A stretch of 60,211 bases of DNA, the filler included, from Actinomycetota bacterium (GTDB lineage Bacteria > Actinomycetota > Acidimicrobiia > IMCC26256 > VFJJ01): the NCBI GenBank assembly GCA_009886115.1. It is 4 parts of 4 records of this genome, joined end to end, with 100 filler letters (N's around TTAATTAATTAA, not from the genome) between each part and the next. Parts side by side here need not be neighbours in the genome. Positions count along the whole stretch, not along the records: positions 18,735 to 42,892 come from VFJJ01000214.1; 3 more parts are not named here. One strand, written 5' to 3'. The translations under genes were made by a program, and so were the position numbers. Position 1 is the stretch's first letter. Each line of letters opens with the position of its first letter. The notes below the pieces were generated by a model. It made no database searches and was not told where the DNA came from. It saw only the letters and a program-made list of their open reading frames with translations. Below are positions 28,562-37,271 of this stretch, in pieces.

Positions 28562-30979
28562 TCAGGCCGGTGCGTGAGCGTCGACGAAGCCGGTGTCGGC
28601 GTTCATCGGGTTCTCGCCCTGGCGCTTCGAGTAGACGATGGCGCCGATGAGCACCACGAGCGCCGCAGCGGCGACGCCGTACCGGGCACCGTCGTTGTCC
28701 TGCAGCTTGATGACGGCGGGCAGGATCAACAGCGACACCAGGTTCATGACCTTGATGAGCGGGTTGAGCGCCGGACCGGCGGTGTCCTTGAACGGATCGC
28801 CGACGGTGTCACCGATGACGGCTGCCTTGTGGCTCTCGGAGCCCTTGCCGCCGTAGTGGCCCTCCTCGATGAACTTCTTGGCGTTGTCCCACGCGCCACC
28901 GGAGTTCGACAGGAAGTTGGCCATCAGCTGGCCGGTGAGGATGACCGCGGCGAGGAACGCACCGAGGGCGAAGTAATTGATGCCGAAGCCGATGATGACC
29001 GGAGCGAGCACCGCCAACAGCGCCGGGGTTGCCAGCTCCTTCAGCGACGCCTGGGTGCAGATGTCGATGACCGGGCCGTAGTCGGGCTTCTTCTCGCCGC
29101 TCATGATCTTGCCGTCGGCGAACTGGTTGCGGACTTCCTGCACCACCACGGCCGCCGTGCGGCTGACCGCTCGGATGGCGAAGGCCGAGAACAAGAAGGC
29201 GATCGAGCCGCCGATGAGCAGACCGATGAAGGTCTTGGGCTCGGCCACGTTGATCTGGGTGAGCGGGTGCTTGAACAGGTCCGACCCCTCGAGGGCGATC
29301 TGTCGTCCGAGGTCGTCGAGCTTGAAGCTCCCGTCCGGGTTCGTGACCTTGAGGTCGAGCTCGGAGCCGATCGTCTCGATGTAGGAGGCGAACAGGGCGA
29401 CTGCCGCGATGACGGCCGACCCGATGGCGAAGCCCTTGGTGACGGCCTTGGTGGTGTTGCCCACGGCGTCGAGGCTCACCATGATGCGCTCGGGCTCGCC
29501 GTGGAACTCGCCCGACATCTCGGCGATGCCCGCCGCGTTGTCGGACACCGGCCCGAACGTGTCTTCAGCCACGACCACACCGGTGGTGGCGAGCATCCCC
29601 ATACCGCACAGGGCCACGAGGTAGAGCGAGAACTGGATGTTGCCGCCGCCGAGGCCGATGGCGGCACCGAGGGCCAGGGCGATGGCAACCACGGCCCACA
29701 CCGACGACTCGAGGCCGCCGGCGATGCCCGAGAGCACCGTGGTGGCCGGACCGGTCTTGGTCGACGCGGCGATCTCGCGCACGGGGGCCGTCTCGGTCGA
29801 GGTGTAGTACTCGGTGAGACGGCTGACCGCCTGGGCCAGCACCAGGCCGATGACCACGGCGCCGAAGACCCGCCAGCCCACGTTCGACAGCGTGCCTTCT
29901 TCGTTGCCCACGTAGCCGAGCGACAGCGCGCCGATCCCGATGACGGTGAGGATGCCGGCAACCAGGAAGCCCCGGTTGATGGGCGCCAGGGCCGACTTGT
30001 CGGTCTCCTTGGCCTTGACGGAGTAGATGCCGAAGATCGACGCGATCACGCCGATGGCCCGGGCCGCGACCGGGAACACCAGACCCAGCGCCCACTTCTT
30101 CGGGTCTTCGGGGTAGACCGACTTGAAGGCGGCCACGCCGAGGATGATCGAGGCGACGAGTGTGACCTCGTACGACTCGAACAGGTCGGCGGCCATGCCG
30201 GCACAGTCGCCGACGTTGTCGCCCACGTTGTCGGCGATGGTGGCCGGGTTGCGCGGGTCGTCCTCGGGGATGCCGGCCTCGACCTTGCCCACCAGGTCGG
30301 CGCCCACGTCGGCGGCCTTGGTGAAGATGCCGCCACCGACACGCAGGAACAGGGCGAGGAGCGAACCGCCGAAGCCGAAGCCCACGAGGATCGCCGAGCT
30401 CGAGTTCTGGAAGATCATGATGATCATGGTGGCGCCGAGCAGACCCAGCCCCACGGTGAACATCCCGGCCACGCCGCCGGTGCGGAACGCCACCTTCAGC
30501 GCTGCGGGCAGCGAGCCGGTCTTGGCCGCGGCGGCCGTCCGCACATTGCCCCGGACCGCCAAACCCATCCCGATGAAGCCCGTCAGGCCCGACATGAAGC
30601 AGCCGGCGATGAAGGCCAGCGTTCGGAAGGTTCCGGATGCGGCGAACGAGAGCGCTCCCGAGCCGCCGTCGCCAGCTTCCTCGGGCTTGACGATCTCGAC
30701 CGACGTGATGAACACGATGATCGCCAGCGGGATCAAGATGACGGCGATGGTCTTGAACTGCCGCTTCAAGTAGGCCATGGCGCCCTCTTGGATCGCGGCA
30801 GCGATCTCCATCATCTTGGGGGTGCCAGTTTCGGCGGCGAGCACGCCCTTCATGAGCGAGACGCCGACCCCGAGCGCGAGCAGCGCTGTGAACGCCGAGG
30901 CGAAGAGGATGATCCACTCGGTATCACCGAGCTCGAAGATCTGGTAGCCGCCCTCGGCGGCCAGGATGGCTGACAACAC
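28562..30979 (-). CDS. hppA: Membrane H+-translocating pyrophosphatase, K+-independent type
   Basis: GGGIFTKAADVGADLVGKVE, DNVGDNVGD, GNTTK (Lys), GDTVGDPFKD. Confidence 0.96.
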   Translation of the reverse strand: MLSAILAAEGGYQIFELGDTEWIILFASAFTALLALGVGVSLMKGVLAAETGTPKMMEIAAAIQEGAMAYLKRQFKTIAVILIPLAIIVFITSVEIVKPEEAGDGGSGALSFAASGTFRTLAFIAGCFMSGLTGFIGMGLAVRGNVRTAAAAKTGSLPAALKVAFRTGGVAGMFTVGLGLLGATMIIMIFQNSSSAILVGFGFGGSLLALFLRVGGGIFTKAADVGADLVGKVEAGIPEDDPRNPATIADNVGDNVGDCAGMAADLFESYEVTLVASIILGVAAFKSVYPEDPKKWALGLVFPVAARAIGVIASIFGIYSVKAKETDKSALAPINRGFLVAGILTVIGIGALSLGYVGNEEGTLSNVGWRVFGAVVIGLVLAQAVSRLTEYYTSTETAPVREIAASTKTGPATTVLSGIAGGLESSVWAVVAIALALGAAIGLGGGNIQFSLYLVALCGMGMLATTGVVVAEDTFGPVSDNAAGIAEMSGEFHGEPERIMVSLDAVGNTTKAVTKGFAIGSAVIAAVALFASYIETIGSELDLKVTNPDGSFKLDDLGRQIALEGSDLFKHPLTQINVAEPKTFIGLLIGGSIAFLFSAFAIRAVSRTAAVVVQEVRNQFADGKIMSGEKKPDYGPVIDICTQASLKELATPALLAVLAPVIIGFGINYFALGAFLAAVILTGQLMANFLSNSGGAWDNAKKFIEEGHYGGKGSESHKAAVIGDTVGDPFKDTAGPALNPLIKVMNLVSLLILPAVIKLQDNDGARYGVAAAALVVLIGAIVYSKRQGENPMNADTGFVDAHAPA

Positions 30980-31314
30980 AGGCTTCCCCCGTGAAATGAA
31001 ACTCCTGCGCCGTCGCCTTCGGAGCCTGAAGGCCCTCGGGCGCGCGTGACCCGCCGGCGACGGGTCCGGCGGGATGCTACGAAACGCGACGCTGGAGCGA
31101 CGAAATCGACCCCTCGGACCGGTTCGGACCGGAGCACGGACCGGAGCACGGGTCCGGGGCCGTGCCCGGACCGGGCGAGAGCCGTGGTCAGGTTCCCGTC
31201 ATGATCTCGACCCGGTGTGTTCACGCCGGATTGACCCGTTCGCCCCAACCTCACCAGACCATGACCGAGTAAAGGATCTTCCGGCCCCAGCGCCGGCAAC
31301 ATGGAGTGAGGGGA

Positions 31315-32991
31315 ATGAAACGACGGCGGTTGTTGATGATGGTGGTGCTCGTCTTGGGGCTGGTTGGCCTCATGTCGGGTACCGCTTGGGCCGAGGGTGA
31401 CGCCGACGGTGCAACGAAGGGTGTGGTGTGCGTCGTCGCCGACGGAGCGATCGCCGAGGACGCGGAGACCTGCACGCTCGAGGACGGGAGCATCGGCGTG
31501 GTCGACGCTGCGGCGACCACCGCCGAGAAGACCAAGATCAGCCTGAACATGTTGTGGCTGGTGATCGGGGCGGCCCTGGTGATCTTCATGCAGGCGGGCT
31601 TCGCCATGGTGGAGACCGGCTTCTGTCGCGCCAAGCACGCCTCGCACGTCGTCATGACGAACTTCATGATCTTCGGGCTGGGCTTCGTGGCCTTCTTCGC
31701 CGTGGGCTACGCGTTCATGTTCGGAGCCACCGGGGCCGGAGCCATCGGGCTGCAACCGCTCGGTGACCTGGTGACGCTGGGCGGCAACGCCAGTGCCGGG
31801 ATCATCGCCAAGAGCGGGTTCTTCCTGAGTGGCGACGCCTACGACGTCTCGGTGATGGGCTTTTTCCTCTACCAGGTCGCGTTCATGGACACGGTGGCGA
31901 CCATCCCCACCGGGTCGATGGCCGAGCGGTGGAACTTCAAGAACTTCATCCTCTGGGGTCTGTTCTGCGGAGCGATCTTCTACCCCGTCTATGGCAACTG
32001 GGTCTGGGGCGGCGGCTGGCTCAGCCAGCTCGGCAACTCGGCCGGACTGGGTCACGGCGTCGTCGACTTCGCCGGCTCGGGTGTCGTGCACGCCATGGGC
32101 GGCATGGCAGCGCTGTCGGGTGCGTTGATCCTCGGGCCCCGCATCGGCAAGTTCGACAAGGACGGCAAGGCCCGGGCCATGCCCGGCCACAACCTGCCGC
32201 TGGCCTTCATGGGCGTGTTCGTGCTGCTGTTCGGATGGTTCGGCTTCAACGGGGCGTCGACGTTCGCCGCCACCGACCTGCGCTTCACGACCGTCGTGAC
32301 CAACACGGCGATCGCCGGGGCCTTCGGTGCGGTCACAGCGATGTTCATCATGATGTGGAAGTTCAACAAGCCCGACCCGTCGATGTGTGCCAACGGCATG
32401 CTCGCCGGCCTCGTGGCCATCACCGCCCCGTGTGCCTTCGTGCCTCCCTGGGCGGCGATGGTGATCGGGATCATCGCCGGGGCGCTCGTCATCGGCGCCG
32501 TGCTCTTCGTCGAGAACCGGCTCAAGATCGACGACCCGGTGGGCGCCATCGCCGTGCACGGCGTCAACGGTCTCTTCGGTGTGCTGGCGGTCGGCATCTT
32601 CGCCGACGGCAAGTACGGCGGGGGATGGAACGGCGTCGACGGCAACGTGAAGGGCCTGCTCTACGGCGACTGGGGCCAGTTCGGCGCCCAGGCCATCGCC
32701 TGTGGCGTGATCATGGTGCTGGGTATCGGGCTCTCGTACACCTTCTTCAAGCTGACGAACAAGATCGTGCCGATCCGGTCGGTGGAGGCTGACGAGATCT
32801 CCGGTCTCGACCTGCCCGAGATGGGCGCCATGGCCTACCCCGACTTCCTGGAGGCCCAGGGCACGGTGTTCCTGCCTGTCGACGATCTGCTCGTGGGTGC
32901 CGGCGTCGGCGGTGGGAGCCGAGGCGGCAACGGTGGCAACGGTGGCAACGGTGGAGCAGCGGCCAAGCTGCGTTCGGAGGTGGGATCATGA
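31315..32991 (+). CDS. amt: Ammonium transporter with N-terminal signal peptide
   Basis: MQAGFAMVE, AER, DFAGSGVVH, GWFGFN, DDPVGAIAVH (twin His). Confidence 0.96.
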   Translation: MKRRRLLMMVVLVLGLVGLMSGTAWAEGDADGATKGVVCVVADGAIAEDAETCTLEDGSIGVVDAAATTAEKTKISLNMLWLVIGAALVIFMQAGFAMVETGFCRAKHASHVVMTNFMIFGLGFVAFFAVGYAFMFGATGAGAIGLQPLGDLVTLGGNASAGIIAKSGFFLSGDAYDVSVMGFFLYQVAFMDTVATIPTGSMAERWNFKNFILWGLFCGAIFYPVYGNWVWGGGWLSQLGNSAGLGHGVVDFAGSGVVHAMGGMAALSGALILGPRIGKFDKDGKARAMPGHNLPLAFMGVFVLLFGWFGFNGASTFAATDLRFTTVVTNTAIAGAFGAVTAMFIMMWKFNKPDPSMCANGMLAGLVAITAPCAFVPPWAAMVIGIIAGALVIGAVLFVENRLKIDDPVGAIAVHGVNGLFGVLAVGIFADGKYGGGWNGVDGNVKGLLYGDWGQFGAQAIACGVIMVLGIGLSYTFFKLTNKIVPIRSVEADEISGLDLPEMGAMAYPDFLEAQGTVFLPVDDLLVGAGVGGGSRGGNGGNGGNGGAAAKLRSEVGS

Positions 32992-33317
32992 AGCGGGTGC
33001 AGGCGGTCATCAGGCCCGAGAAGCTCGATGCAGTGCAGCACGCGCTGGCCGAGTCCGGGTTCCACGGCTTCATGGTCCACGACGTGCGCGGTCACGGCTC
33101 GGGCGAGGCGGCCAACTCCGGCGAGTACCGGGGCGTCACGTTCGGCATGAGCGTCAAGCACAAGCTGCTCGTCGACCTGCTCGTCGAGGACGAGGAGGTG
33201 ATCGACGTGGCCGCGGTGTTCCAGGCGACGGCCTCGACGGGCCAGCCCGGAGACGGGTTGATCTTCGTGATCGACATCGCCGCGGTGTACCCCATCACCG
33301 TGCCGGTGATCGTGTAG
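32988..33317 (+). CDS. P-II family nitrogen regulator (divergent)
   Basis: AVIRPEKL, VRGHG, YRG, TGQPGDGLIFV; ATGA overlap with amt. Confidence 0.88.
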   Translation: MKRVQAVIRPEKLDAVQHALAESGFHGFMVHDVRGHGSGEAANSGEYRGVTFGMSVKHKLLVDLLVEDEEVIDVAAVFQATASTGQPGDGLIFVIDIAAVYPITVPVIV

Positions 33318-33341
33318 CGGCCACCGGAGAGATCACCCACC

Positions 33342-33394
33342 CCGTTCTTTGTGTCTGCGACCGCGCCCAGAGCGGTGTGAGACACAAAGAACGG
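33342..33394. repeat. Long inverted repeat (REP-like / bidirectional terminator)
   Basis: CCGTTCTTTGTGTCT (33342-33356) and AGACACAAAGAACGG (33380-33394), perfect 15-bp arms between convergent genes. Confidence 0.8.
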
Positions 33395-33399
33395 AGGAC

Positions 33400-34188
33400 T
33401 CAGGCCAGGCCGCCGTCGATGCGCAGGTTGGTGCCGTTCACGTAGCCGTTGTGCGGTGAGGCCACGAAGGCGATGAGGCGGCCCACGTCGGCGGGAGTCC
33501 CCACCCGACCCGAGAGGATCTTCCACGAGGCTTCCTTCACCATGAACGCCTGCATCGACTCGTCGTCGGTGGGCTCGCCCCGGGCCTCGGCCCGCCGCCG
33601 GAACCGCTCGACGATCTCGGCCGTGGCGATGATTCCCGGGCTCACGCAGTTCACGGTGATGCCCGTGTCGGCGAGCTCCTGGGCCAGGCTGCCGGTGAGG
33701 CCCACCAGGCCGGTCTTGGCCGTGTAGTAGTGCGGCAGACGAGCGCCCGGTCGCACCGAGCCGACGGTCGAGACCAGCACCACGCGCCCGAACCCCTTGG
33801 CCCGCATGGCCGGGACACAGAGCCGGATCATGCGGACGGCCGACAGCACGTTCTTCTCGTACATGTCGATCCAGGCGTCGGTGCCCATGTCGTCGTCGAA
33901 CCAGGCGCCCCCCTCGGCGACCCCGTAGTTGTTGACGAGCACCTCGACCGGCCCGGTGGCGGCGGCGACCACGGCGGCTCCGGCGTCGGTGCGGATGTCG
34001 CCCGTGACGGGACGGGCCCGATGCCCGAGCGCCGTGATGTCGGCGACGACCCGTTCGGCCTGGCCGGACTCGTTGCCGTGCACGACGACCTCGGCCCCCT
34101 CGGCGGCCAGGACGTGGCACACCCCTTCGCCCGTCCCTCGGTATCCGGCCGTCACGAGGATGGTGAGGTCCTGCAGCTGGAGATCCAT
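33400..34188 (-). CDS. SDR family oxidoreductase
   Basis: C-terminal part of the 1840-aa ORF: TAGYRGTG, VNNYG, YYTAK, SPG, IDGG. Confidence 0.88.
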   Translation of the reverse strand: MDLQLQDLTILVTAGYRGTGEGVCHVLAAEGAEVVVHGNESGQAERVVADITALGHRARPVTGDIRTDAGAAVVAAATGPVEVLVNNYGVAEGGAWFDDDMGTDAWIDMYEKNVLSAVRMIRLCVPAMRAKGFGRVVLVSTVGSVRPGARLPHYYTAKTGLVGLTGSLAQELADTGITVNCVSPGIIATAEIVERFRRRAEARGEPTDDESMQAFMVKEASWKILSGRVGTPADVGRLIAFVASPHNGYVNGTNLRIDGGLA

Positions 34189-34320
34189 GGCTTCATCCTC
34201 GCCCATGGGGTCGGGGATACGCTCGCAGCGGCCGTCCGGCCCTACCGTCGACCCGCTCGGTGGTCGGCTCCACCCCATCGCCCGTCCCCCGTCCCCCTGT
34301 CTCGCCCCCGGAGGAACACC

Positions 34321-35484
34321 ATGCCCGAAGCCGTGATCGTCGCCGCAGCCCGTACCCCGATCGGTCGGGCCTTCAAGGGCTCCTTCGCCCAGGAGCGCGC
34401 CGACGACATGGGCGGGTTCATCCTTCGCAGCGCGATGAACCAGGTCCCGCAGATCGGCGATGCCGAGGTGGTCGACGTGATCTGGGGTGTCGCCAACATG
34501 CTCGGCCCCCAGGGCTTCAACGTGGGACGCCAGGTGGCGTTGCTCGCCGGGCTCCCCGACAGCGTGCCGGCCACGACCGTCACCCGATTCTGCGCGTCGT
34601 CGCTCCAGGCCATCCGCATGGCCTTCCACGCCATCAAGGCCGGCGAGGGCGACGTGTACGTGGCCGGGGGGATGGAGTCGGTCTCGACCTCGCTCAACCG
34701 GGCCGGCGAGCCGTCGGATCGCAACCAGCGCTTCCTCGACACCGAGCGCGGTGACTACATCAACGACGCCTACATCGCCATGGGCCTCACCGCCGAGAAC
34801 GTGGCCGACAAGTACGGCGTGTCGCGCCAGCGCCAGGACGAGCTCGCCGTTGCGTCGCAGAACCGGGCCGAGGCCGCGCAGGCCAACGGCTTCTGGGAGC
34901 ATGAGATCACCCCGTACACGCTCGCCGACGGCACGGTCGTGGCCAAGGACGACTGCCCGCGGGCAGGCACGACGATCGAGGGCCTGAGCGGGCTCAAGCC
35001 GGCGTTCCGGCCCGACGGCACGGTCACCGCAGGCAACGCCTGTCCGCTCAACGACGGCGCCGCGGCGACGATCGTGATGTCGGCCGACCGGGCCGCGGCG
35101 CTCGGGATCAAGCCGCTGGCTCGCATCGTGGCCTCGGCGGTGTCGGGCCTGGCTCCCGAGATCATGGGCGTCGGCCCCATCGAAGCCGTCCGCAAGGTGC
35201 TGGCCCAAGCGGGCATGAGCATCGGCGACATCGACGTGGTCGAGCTCAACGAGGCCTTCGCCGCCCAGGCCATCCCGGTGTGCGACGAGCTCGGGATCGA
35301 CTTCGTCAACCAGCTCAACCCCCACGGCGGCGCCATCGCCCTCGGGCATCCCTTCGGCATGACCGGTGCCCGCATCATGTGCACGCTGCTCAACGACCTG
35401 AAGACGCTCGACAGGACGATCGGCCTCGAGACGATGTGCGTCGGCGGCGGTCAGGGCATGGCCATGATCGTCGAGCGCCTGTAG
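34321..35484 (+). CDS. Acetyl-CoA C-acyltransferase (thiolase)
   Basis: RTPIG, RFCASSLQA, NEAFA, GHPFG, CVGGGQG; GGAGGA RBS. Confidence 0.95.
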   Translation: MPEAVIVAAARTPIGRAFKGSFAQERADDMGGFILRSAMNQVPQIGDAEVVDVIWGVANMLGPQGFNVGRQVALLAGLPDSVPATTVTRFCASSLQAIRMAFHAIKAGEGDVYVAGGMESVSTSLNRAGEPSDRNQRFLDTERGDYINDAYIAMGLTAENVADKYGVSRQRQDELAVASQNRAEAAQANGFWEHEITPYTLADGTVVAKDDCPRAGTTIEGLSGLKPAFRPDGTVTAGNACPLNDGAAATIVMSADRAAALGIKPLARIVASAVSGLAPEIMGVGPIEAVRKVLAQAGMSIGDIDVVELNEAFAAQAIPVCDELGIDFVNQLNPHGGAIALGHPFGMTGARIMCTLLNDLKTLDRTIGLETMCVGGGQGMAMIVERL

Positions 35485-35531
35485 CCGGCCCTCTGGGGCG
35501 AGCGCCGCCCGGGGTCGGGCTGCACTCGTCG

Positions 35532-36623
35532 TCAGGAACGGTGGAGGCGGCCCGCCGCCAGGTCGAGCAGCAACTCGGTGGTGTGCGCCGGCATCTCCTC
35601 GGGCACGAAGTGCCCGCACGTCACGGTACGGAGCCGGAAGTCGGGGAACGGGCGCAGGAAGCTGTCGGCGAACAGGTCGCTGGTGGGCGGTCGCTCGTGC
35701 GACTGCCATCCGCTGCGCCAGGCCTCGGGGAGGAGGTAGGGGCTGCCGACGTACAGCGCCGGCCGCTCGAAGATCCGCTGACGGTGTTCGGGCGCGAACG
35801 TGAGGAACTCGTTCGCGTCGGGATGGGCCCACAGCCCACCTTCGTGCTCCCACATGGCGGCGACGGTCGTCTCGTCGAGGAACTCGTAGCGCTCGCCGCC
35901 GGGCGCGTCGGCATCGGCGATGATGCGGTGCAAGGGCAACCCGTAGCGGTAGTACGAGATGGCGTGCTGGTGCGCGGCCGGGTCGGCGAACGCGGCCTCG
36001 AAGTGGGCGACGTCGTCGGGGGTCCAATGGTTGCGGGGATCGTCGGGACGGGCACTCGCGGCGACGGACGCGGCATCGGCTCGAGGGTTCACCCACGGCG
36101 ACACCGGAGGCCCGGCATAGCTGCCCGGCACGCCTCCGAAGGCCGAGCGGATCCACTCGCCGGCGTGGCGGCCGAAGAAGTCCTCGGCTCGGCCGCGCGA
36201 TTTGAACCAGTAGCCGTGGATGGCCCACGGGGCCCACACCGTGGTGAGCGTGTCGATGAGGGCCACGGTCGCGAAGCGCTCGGGGCGCTCGAACACCGCG
36301 GCCGAGGCGATGATGCCGCCCCAGTCGTGGCCGACGAGGTGGGCCTGGTCGACACCGGCCGCGTCGAGGAAGTCGATGAGGTCGCGCACGAGGAGCTGAC
36401 GGGTGACCCGCACGCCGGGCCGACCCGTACCGCCGAAGCCGCGGGTGTCGGGCGCGAAGACGGCGTGGCCCGCCGCGGCGAGCGCGGGGATCTGGTGGCG
36501 CCATTCGTGGGAGGTCTGCGGGAAGCCGTGCACGAGCACGATCGGGAGCTTGCCCGGAGAGCCCGTCCCCTCCTGCAGATAGTGGATGCGGAGGGCGGGC
36601 GTGTCGGCCACGAGTGAACGCAT
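35532..36623 (-). CDS. Alpha/beta hydrolase (epoxide hydrolase/dehalogenase-like)
   Basis: HGFPQ, DTRGFG, GHDWGG (Asp nucleophile), CGHFVPEE. Confidence 0.85.
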   Translation of the reverse strand: MRSLVADTPALRIHYLQEGTGSPGKLPIVLVHGFPQTSHEWRHQIPALAAAGHAVFAPDTRGFGGTGRPGVRVTRQLLVRDLIDFLDAAGVDQAHLVGHDWGGIIASAAVFERPERFATVALIDTLTTVWAPWAIHGYWFKSRGRAEDFFGRHAGEWIRSAFGGVPGSYAGPPVSPWVNPRADAASVAASARPDDPRNHWTPDDVAHFEAAFADPAAHQHAISYYRYGLPLHRIIADADAPGGERYEFLDETTVAAMWEHEGGLWAHPDANEFLTFAPEHRQRIFERPALYVGSPYLLPEAWRSGWQSHERPPTSDLFADSFLRPFPDFRLRTVTCGHFVPEEMPAHTTELLLDLAAGRLHRS

Positions 36624-36668
36624 GCGGACGGCTCCTCGGTCGGGATCTGGCAGACTGGCCGCAGAGAC

Positions 36669-36690
36669 TGTCACACCCCCTCGGTACCGT
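36669..36690 (+). promoter_or_regulatory. PafBC/RecA-NDp-type promoter of the Uma2 gene
   Basis: TGTCAC-N10-TA-N3-T, 6 nt before ATG 36697; near-identical to 13960-13981. Confidence 0.6.
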
Positions 36691-36696
36691 GAGGTC

Positions 36697-37248
36697 ATGA
36701 CCATGACCAACCAGCTCATGACCGCCGACGAGCTCCTTGCCCTTCCGCCCGACGGCCGCACCGAGCTCGTCGAGGGGAAGCTCGTCGTGCAGGACCCGTC
36801 GTACCGCCACAATCGCATCGCCGGCACGCTGTACCGGCGCTTCGCAGCCTGGACCGAGGAGGCGCCGGGCCGGGGCGAGGCCGGCCTCGGCGGCAACGTC
36901 CGCCTCGACCAGGCCAACCTCTACTGCCCCGATGTGTGGTGGGTTCGTGACGGTCGTCAGCCGGGCGTCGAGGACATCTACCGCGACGACCCACCCGATC
37001 TCGTCGTCGAGGTCCGCTCGCCGGGAACGTGGCGTTACGACATCGGCCGCAAGCGCGACAACTATGAACGCCATGACGCGGGCGAGCTGTGGCTCGTGGA
37101 CACCGCGGCCAACGTGGTGCTCGGCTACCGACGATCGAGCCCCGAGGTCCCGAAATTCGACATCGAGCTGGAGTGGGCCGACGGCGCGTTGAGCACGCCG
37201 ATGATGGCCGGCTTGGCCGTCGACGTCGTGGAGCTCTTCGACCGCTGA
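36697..37248 (+). CDS. Uma2 family (PD-(D/E)xK) endonuclease
   Basis: ELVEG, PS..H, CPDV, PDLVVEVRSP, K..Y, ELWLVD. Confidence 0.9.
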   Translation: MTMTNQLMTADELLALPPDGRTELVEGKLVVQDPSYRHNRIAGTLYRRFAAWTEEAPGRGEAGLGGNVRLDQANLYCPDVWWVRDGRQPGVEDIYRDDPPDLVVEVRSPGTWRYDIGRKRDNYERHDAGELWLVDTAANVVLGYRRSSPEVPKFDIELEWADGALSTPMMAGLAVDVVELFDR

Positions 37249-37271
37249 CCACATCGAACCGGCACGACCGG

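Noticed and set aside
28574..30973. Long antisense ORFs (also 8932-10899, 10896-12515, 18820-20343, 55903-57624)
   Set aside because: Mirror frames of well-supported genes with no recognisable motifs.
31198..31245. GlnR box upstream of amt
   Set aside because: Only a weak TTCAC-N6-TTGAC match; not distinguishable from chance by eye.
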